Shown here piece after piece: positions 6,008 through 10,813 of a DNA stretch of 10,813 nt. Both the position numbers and the translations under genes were made by a program. Source of the DNA: a virus; UHGV virus genome UHGV-0281911; one strand, given 5' to 3'. Numbering within the stretch: the stretch's first letter is position 1; each line of letters begins with the position of its first letter. Under the pieces are notes generated by a model. The model searched no databases and had not been told where the DNA came from. It worked only from the letters and a program-made list of their open reading frames with translations.

Positions 6008-6921
6008 GCAACGAAATTGCAATCACCAATGATGTGTTGGCTATTCGGGGAATCGATGAAGTTACATGGAGCGCTCTGAAAAACAGTATTTACCCTGGGG
6101 CAAAAGATGAATCGGTAATGATGGCAGTCGATTACTGCCGGGCGCGTCAACTCGATCCTCTTCTTAAGCCGGTACACCTGGTACCAATGAGTGTTAAAGA
6201 CTCGAAGAGTGGAAAGAATGAATGGCGCGACGTGGTCATGCCTGGCATTGGACTTTATCGCATTCAGGCCTACCGTTCCGGCGATTACGCAGGCGCTAAT
6301 GAACCTGAGTTCGGTCCAGATGTAACACAAACGCTTTCAGGCGTGGAGGTTACCTTCCCTCAGTGGTGTAAGTACACCGTCAGCAAGCGAATGGCAAGCG
6401 GGGAAATCGTAGAGTTTAGCGCCAAAGAATACTGGATTGAGAACTATGCAACTGGGGGGCGTGACACATCGGCACCAAATGCCATGTGGAAAAAGCGCCC
6501 TTATGCGCAGTTGGCAAAATGCGCAGAGGCACAGGCATTACGTAAAGCATGGCCGGAGATTGGTCAACAAGCCACAGCTGAGGAAATGGAAGGTAAATAT
6601 ATCGACTCACCTGACATTATTGAACGTGACGTAACTCCAAGAAGTCAGGCAAAGCACGGCACAGCATCCAGCATGAACAGTCTGATCAACGCTAAAACAG
6701 TGAAAAAGCCTGATGAGCAAACGCGTAAAGCGGATAGCCGTGATCCAGAAGAAATGCTGATGGCCTTTACCAGCGCAGCGATGAATTACAGCACTGTCTC
6801 CGAACTGGATAAGGCTTACAAATACATTGCACAAAAACTTTCAGATGATGACGAACTGCTGGCAAAAGCCACCGACGTTTACAGCGTTCGTCGGGAAGAA
6901 TTAAACGAAACATCTATGTAA
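6004..6921 (+). CDS. RecT/Red-beta (Bet) family single-strand annealing protein
   Basis: Start ATG 6004 (MSNEIAITND). Segments DYCRARQLDPLLKPVHLVPM, VMPGIGLYRIQ and AMWKKRPYAQLAKCAEAQALRKAWPE parallel lambda Bet as I remember it (QYGLNPWTKEIYAFP, VVGVDGWSRII, GPWQSHPKRMLRHKAMIQCARLAFG). Paired with an upstream exonuclease. Confidence 0.8.
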   Translation: MSNEIAITNDVLAIRGIDEVTWSALKNSIYPGAKDESVMMAVDYCRARQLDPLLKPVHLVPMSVKDSKSGKNEWRDVVMPGIGLYRIQAYRSGDYAGANEPEFGPDVTQTLSGVEVTFPQWCKYTVSKRMASGEIVEFSAKEYWIENYATGGRDTSAPNAMWKKRPYAQLAKCAEAQALRKAWPEIGQQATAEEMEGKYIDSPDIIERDVTPRSQAKHGTASSMNSLINAKTVKKPDEQTRKADSRDPEEMLMAFTSAAMNYSTVSELDKAYKYIAQKLSDDDELLAKATDVYSVRREELNETSM

Positions 6922-6970
6922 CCACCACCGCGGCGCCACGCGCGCCGCACTGCAACCAAGAGAGGTATTT

Positions 6971-7219
6971 ATGAAAGGTGCATTAGGTAAGAAGGAACTC
7001 CTGGCGGTGGTGCCACTGTCATGGAGCACTATCGACCGTATGGAGCGCGCAGGTGAATTTCCTAAACGCTGGTATATCACTGACAAACGCTGCGCATGGA
7101 ACCGTGACGAAGTTGAGCGTTGGCTTGATGAACGTCAGGCAGCAAGCCCGGCAGAGTTCCAGGGTAAAAAGCCTCCTGTTCAGCAACGTGTATATCGTCC
7201 TGTGAGCAACGCTGCATGA
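6971..7219 (+). CDS. AlpA/Xis-family DNA-binding protein (putative excisionase or regulator)
   Basis: 82 aa with SWSTIDRMERAGEFPKRWYITDKRCAWNRDEVERWLDER, typical of AlpA-type excisionase-like winged-helix proteins. Preceded by AGAGAGG. Confidence 0.7.
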   Translation: MKGALGKKELLAVVPLSWSTIDRMERAGEFPKRWYITDKRCAWNRDEVERWLDERQAASPAEFQGKKPPVQQRVYRPVSNAA

Positions 7220-7361
7220 GTGTGCTGCTAAGGCACTGGAGCAAATGGTCAGGATGGTACTTATTCCTGGCCTCTGTTTCAGCATGGCTTTATCTGCTGG
7301 CATTAATTTTCAGAGAGGGTTGGATTAAGTGAGAAAGTTAAGCCGACTTGAAAAATATCAC

Positions 7362-7628
7362 ATGAATAAGGTTTCAATGCGCAGTCCGTCAAAGATTGTC
7401 GCCGTTACTCCTGCGGCGATAGAGATCGAAAAACGCGCGATTGAAAGAGAGAAAAAAGGGCAATTCCGCATTGCCGCTCACCTTTGGCTTCAGTGTATGG
7501 ATGTTGCTTCTGGTGATGTTGAACGTGCAAGGATCGCGGTTCGCAGGGACCAATGTATCACAAAAGGTAACGGCCTTCGCCGTGGCGACTATAGCGGCAT
7601 AGGATGTTGCGGGGTGGTTTATGAATAA
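7362..7628 (+). CDS. Small protein, possibly PerC-family transcriptional regulator; start uncertain (ATG 7362 or 7377; the ORF-track start 7329 is a GTG right after an in-frame stop)
   Basis: The segment EKKGQFRIAAHLWLQCMD...ERARIAVRRDQC follows the G-x-W/F-R-x-A-A-x-x-W-L...RR..C pattern I recall for PerC/Pch proteins. No search was run. Confidence 0.45.
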   Translation: MNKVSMRSPSKIVAVTPAAIEIEKRAIEREKKGQFRIAAHLWLQCMDVASGDVERARIAVRRDQCITKGNGLRRGDYSGIGCCGVVYE

Positions 7629-7656
7629 TCAAAACAATAATGTAAAAGGTAATATC

Positions 7657-8724
7657 ATGAGCAAGGTAGGCGATTATTTCTTTGAATTTCCCGCATCACG
7701 AGGAACGCAGGGAAGCACTGTAATACTTATGATGACAGTACCAGCAAGAGCACTATCGAGAGTATTGGCAACCGACAATACGGGAAGTACCCTTGAACGT
7801 TCTCAACGTGAAATTAATCCAACCAGGGTAAAAAAGTTTTATCAATATTTAGTCAACGCTTACGAGAAAAAGGAACCATTTATTGTTCCACCATTGGTCG
7901 GAAATTGTAACTCAGAAATAGAGTTCCATGAGATTGGAAATACTAATGTCGGTTTAGCTAGATTTCCTATGGATGCAGAAATAAAATTATTTGATGGACA
8001 GCATCGTGCTGCAGGATTAGCTGAGTTCTGCCGTAATTATGGCGAAACAATTATGATTCCTCTTATGCTTACGCATAACCTTCCTTTGAAGGCGCGTCAG
8101 CAGTTCTTTTCTGACATTAATAATAATGTTTCAAAACCATCTGCAGCAATTAATATGGCGTATGACGGACGAAACGATGTTGCCCAAGAAATGGTGTCTT
8201 TCCTGTCGCAACATGACACTTTTGCAGAAGTCACTGACTTCGAGCACAACGTTGTTCCGTCAAAGTCAAACATGTGGGTGAGTTTCAAAGCATTAAGTGA
8301 TTCAACATCAAAATTTTGTATTCATAATGGGAAAAAACTAGAAATTGGTAACATCGAGTCAGTATGGGAATCATGGTTATGTCTTACACAACTAGAAGCA
8401 ATTCGCCATGGTACAAAGCAATCAGAATACAAAAGAGAATATATCCAGTTTCATGCAGTGATGATTAACGCTTTTGGCTATGCTGTTCAGCAAATGATGG
8501 TTAATCACTCAATAAAAGAAATAATTTCAATGATTGAAACATTATGTGCAAATACTGACTTCGCAGAAAGAGAGAATTTTTTCCTAATGGATAATTGGGT
8601 TGGGATCTGCACGAAAGCAAGCCAGGAAAAACTATCAGTTATTGCCAATGTAGCAGCACAGAAAGCGGCAGCAAACAGGCTGATACAAGCCTTTACCAAA
8701 GGAAGTCTGGGAGCAGAACAATGA
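7657..8724 (+). CDS. DGQHR-domain protein (DndB-like, ParB/Srx superfamily); alternative start at ATG 7621
   Basis: Exact DGQHR motif in KLFDGQHRAAGLAEF, N-terminal YFFEFPASRGTQG and a downstream FFSDINNN motif. ATG 7657 is preceded by AAAAGG with a 7-nt spacer. The stop overlaps the methyltransferase start (ATGA at 8721-8724). The gene is markedly AT-rich. Confidence 0.8.
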   Translation: MSKVGDYFFEFPASRGTQGSTVILMMTVPARALSRVLATDNTGSTLERSQREINPTRVKKFYQYLVNAYEKKEPFIVPPLVGNCNSEIEFHEIGNTNVGLARFPMDAEIKLFDGQHRAAGLAEFCRNYGETIMIPLMLTHNLPLKARQQFFSDINNNVSKPSAAINMAYDGRNDVAQEMVSFLSQHDTFAEVTDFEHNVVPSKSNMWVSFKALSDSTSKFCIHNGKKLEIGNIESVWESWLCLTQLEAIRHGTKQSEYKREYIQFHAVMINAFGYAVQQMMVNHSIKEIISMIETLCANTDFAERENFFLMDNWVGICTKASQEKLSVIANVAAQKAAANRLIQAFTKGSLGAEQ

Positions 8725-9368
8725 AAAAATACACGCTAATCTATGCAGATCCACCCTGGGTATACCGGGACAAAGCCGCAGATGGTAATCGCGGTGCCGG
8801 TTTTAAATATCCGGTTATGAGTGTGCTGGATATCTGCCGCCTTCCTGTGTGGGATTTGGCCGATGAAAACTGTCTGTTGGCCATGTGGTGGGTGCCAACA
8901 CAACCACTCGAAGCACTAAAAGTTGTTGAAGCCTGGGGATTTCGTCTGATGACCATGAAGGGCTTCACGTGGATAAAATGTGGTAGTCGACAACCAGATA
9001 AACTGGTTATGGGGATGGGACACATGACTCGCGCCAACAGTGAAGATTGCCTGTTTGCGGTAAAGGGAAAACTACCTCCGCGCATTAATGCAGGTATCGT
9101 TCAGTCATTTACCGCACCGCGGCTTGAGCATTCAAGAAAACCAGATGTCGTTCGTGAAAAACTTGTGCAATTGTTAGGCGATGTTTCTCGCATTGAACTG
9201 TTCGCCCGCCAAACGTCTCATGGCTTCGATGTTTGGGGTAATCAGTGCGAAGACCCAGCAGTGCAACTACACCCTGGATACGCGTTGTATATTGCCGGAT
9301 TAACAAATGCATTCAGCAATGCTCCGCTGTCACCAACAGACAACCAGGGGCGGGAGCGTGCAGCATGA
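8721..9368 (+). CDS. MT-A70 family N6-adenine DNA methyltransferase
   Basis: Catalytic DPPW motif near the N-terminus (MKKYTLIYADPPWVY). 215 aa. Translationally coupled to both the upstream DGQHR gene and a downstream small ORF. Confidence 0.85.
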   Translation: MKKYTLIYADPPWVYRDKAADGNRGAGFKYPVMSVLDICRLPVWDLADENCLLAMWWVPTQPLEALKVVEAWGFRLMTMKGFTWIKCGSRQPDKLVMGMGHMTRANSEDCLFAVKGKLPPRINAGIVQSFTAPRLEHSRKPDVVREKLVQLLGDVSRIELFARQTSHGFDVWGNQCEDPAVQLHPGYALYIAGLTNAFSNAPLSPTDNQGRERAA

Positions 9369-9559
9369 ACAGGGCATCACCAGCAGATTTAAGGAAATGC
9401 CTTGAAACTGCAAACATGCTTGCACACAGCGGGATCAGGTTTGTTCCAATTCCCGCTGTCACTGATGCTGAATTTGCAACACTGTCAGCAATATTCACAG
9501 ATAAAATTGAATCACTGGCAGCAGAAGCCGAGATGGAAGAAAATCAGCAGAATAATTAA
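9365..9559 (+). CDS. Small hypothetical protein (64 aa) with acidic C-terminus, last gene of the cargo operon
   Basis: ATG 9365 overlaps the methyltransferase stop (ATGA) and is preceded by GGGAG. Ends 3 nt before the convergent integrase stop codon. Confidence 0.5.
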   Translation: MNRASPADLRKCLETANMLAHSGIRFVPIPAVTDAEFATLSAIFTDKIESLAAEAEMEENQQNN

Positions 9560-9562
9560 ACG

Positions 9563-10813
9563 TTATTCCCCCGGCATCCACTTCTCAAACTTCGACGGGG
9601 AGAACGGAATCAGATCCGTATGCTCCCCGTCAATCCAGGAATCAATCATATCGGCCCACTGCTGCAACATGTAGGCGCGCTGTCTGGCGTATTCCGCTTT
9701 GTTATATACGGCGCGCACACCTTTCTGCTCATGTGCCAGAGCCTTTTCAATCCAGTCTGAAGGATAACCAGCCTCATGCAACAATGTACTGGCTGTACGG
9801 CGCATATCGTGTACGGTGAAGCCCTGAATATGCTCACCATCTTCATTTATTATTTTCACCGTTCTGTCGATCAGAGAGTTCAGCGCGGCATTAGATAATG
9901 GCTTCCGGAAATTGTAACGACCAGGAACCAGATATTCACTTCCACCAGCGCACATCTGCAATCCGACCAATATATCCTGAGCCTGTTTAGGCAGGTAAAT
10001 AACGTGCGCCCGGCTTCCCTTCATGCGGTCTGAAGGAATGGTCCATGTCCATTTTTTAAAATCTATTTCATCCCACGTTGCGTTGGTGAATTCGCCTTTA
10101 CGAACCATAGTGATAAGCACCAGCTTTAAAGCCATTTTCATAGTGCCCATAGCACCAATGGCATCCAGCGTGCGGAAGAACAGGCCAATTTCTTCTGGTG
10201 TCAGTGTTCGCTCTCTTGGTTTAAATATGGCGATAGACGAAGGTTTAATGTCAGCCGCAGGATTAAACAAACCATGACCACGGTCATTGGCGTGACGGTA
10301 TACGCTACTGATGATCTCCCTGGCCTGCACTGCTGTTGCCCGGCCACCGCGTTCGACAATCCGGTCACACAAATCACGAACCATCGATGTGGTAATTTCA
10401 GCCATCATTTTATTGCCAAGAACCGGAAGTATGTCACGGTCGATCACCGCCTGTTTCATTGCGCGGGTACTGTCAGCCAGGATGACGTGTTTCATATAAC
10501 TGTCGGTATGTACCGCAAACGTCTCGGCACCACGAATCTTTTTGATACCGTCACGTTTAGCCGCAGCCGGTGACTGGCCTGCTTTAAGCAGCTTCTTTGC
10601 AGCAATCAGTTCTTCTCGCGCTTCTGCCAGGCTGATACCGTCACGCCCATACTGCCCGATTACCAGCGTTTCGCGGCGACCGTTGATACGGTAGTCGTAG
10701 CGAAACGAGACCGTGCCTGACGTAAGCACAGCTACATACAGCCCGTCACGATCGGAGACCTTGTACAGTTTGTCCTGCGGCTTGAGGTTTTTTAATTTTG
10801 TATCGGTAAGCAC
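9563..10813 (-). CDS. int: Tyrosine site-specific integrase (P4/CP4-57-like, N-terminal arm-binding domain); 5' end at or just beyond the window edge
   Basis: N-terminus LTDTKLKNLKPQDKLYKVSDRDGLYVAVL is typical of this integrase class. C-terminal HDMRRT box and downstream Tyr (AVYNKAEY). The first in-window codon is GTG, so 1-3 codons may be missing. Confidence 0.9.
   Translation of the reverse strand: MLTDTKLKNLKPQDKLYKVSDRDGLYVAVLTSGTVSFRYDYRINGRRETLVIGQYGRDGISLAEAREELIAAKKLLKAGQSPAAAKRDGIKKIRGAETFAVHTDSYMKHVILADSTRAMKQAVIDRDILPVLGNKMMAEITTSMVRDLCDRIVERGGRATAVQAREIISSVYRHANDRGHGLFNPAADIKPSSIAIFKPRERTLTPEEIGLFFRTLDAIGAMGTMKMALKLVLITMVRKGEFTNATWDEIDFKKWTWTIPSDRMKGSRAHVIYLPKQAQDILVGLQMCAGGSEYLVPGRYNFRKPLSNAALNSLIDRTVKIINEDGEHIQGFTVHDMRRTASTLLHEAGYPSDWIEKALAHEQKGVRAVYNKAEYARQRAYMLQQWADMIDSWIDGEHTDLIPFSPSKFEKWMPGE

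Larger units (their letters stand above)
1..10813. mobile_element. Lambdoid prophage early region (immunity, replication, recombination, integration); prophage ends not in window
   Basis: Gene content and order: cro-like / CI-like divergent pair with operators, O-like and P-like replication genes, exonuclease plus annealase, Xis/AlpA-like gene, tyrosine integrase. No att site identified inside the window. Confidence 0.8.

Noticed and set aside
5594-6022. Minus-strand 142-aa ORF, plus others antisense to the exonuclease and annealase genes (5484..5771, 5920..6330, 6607..6834)
   Set aside because: Shadow ORFs opposite well-supported plus-strand genes.
6930-6948. GC-rich hairpin GCGGCGC-CACGC-GCGCCGC just after the annealase gene
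   Set aside because: No U-tract follows on either strand, so it is not a canonical intrinsic terminator. It may be an mRNA stabiliser or a coincidence; the evidence is too weak for a feature.
7329-7361. GTG start at 7329 given by the ORF track for the PerC-like gene
   Set aside because: The GTG follows immediately after an in-frame stop codon and has no Shine-Dalgarno. The ATG at 7362 or 7377 is more plausible.
7621-7656. N-terminal extension MNNQNNNVKGNI of the DGQHR ORF
   Set aside because: Asn-rich low-complexity stretch. The downstream ATG 7657 has better Shine-Dalgarno spacing and a more family-like N-terminus. It is kept only as an alternative start.
1-10813. LexA/SOS boxes (CTGT-N8-ACAG) near the immunity region or elsewhere
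   Set aside because: I scanned CTGT occurrences by eye and found none with ACAG at the correct spacing. No SOS box is claimed.
1-10813. CRISPR arrays, tRNA/rRNA genes, IS elements
   Set aside because: No regularly spaced short repeats, no cloverleaf-like tRNA candidates in intergenic DNA and no transposase-like ORFs were seen. The only repeats are the operator and iteron-like sites.

Overview
The window reads as the early region of a lambdoid temperate prophage, probably from an enterobacterium (inferred from resemblance to lambda P, DnaT and P4-type integrases; no searches were run). Right to left on the minus strand: a Cro-like gene, a tR1-like terminator, a zinc-ribbon gene, an O-like replication gene with a DnaT-like C-terminus and internal iteron-like repeats, a lambda-P-like helicase loader, then a DUF1064-like gene and Ea22-like/hypothetical genes. 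On the plus strand: a CI-like repressor with two HTH domains and no peptidase domain, a strong terminator, a PL-like promoter, two small ORFs, a RecE-like exonuclease, a Bet/RecT-family annealase, an AlpA/Xis-like gene, a PerC-like small regulator, then a DGQHR-domain (DndB-like) protein translationally coupled to an MT-A70 adenine methyltransferase and a small ORF. A tyrosine integrase closes the window on the minus strand. A 15-bp palindrome, TTACC-N5-GGTAA, recurs eight times in three operator regions. The most interesting candidate is the AT-rich DGQHR + MT-A70 cargo module beside int, which may be a modification-based defence or anti-restriction system. No rRNA, tRNA, CRISPR or IS element was seen. 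All calls come from reading the sequence and ORF track plus remembered family motifs.
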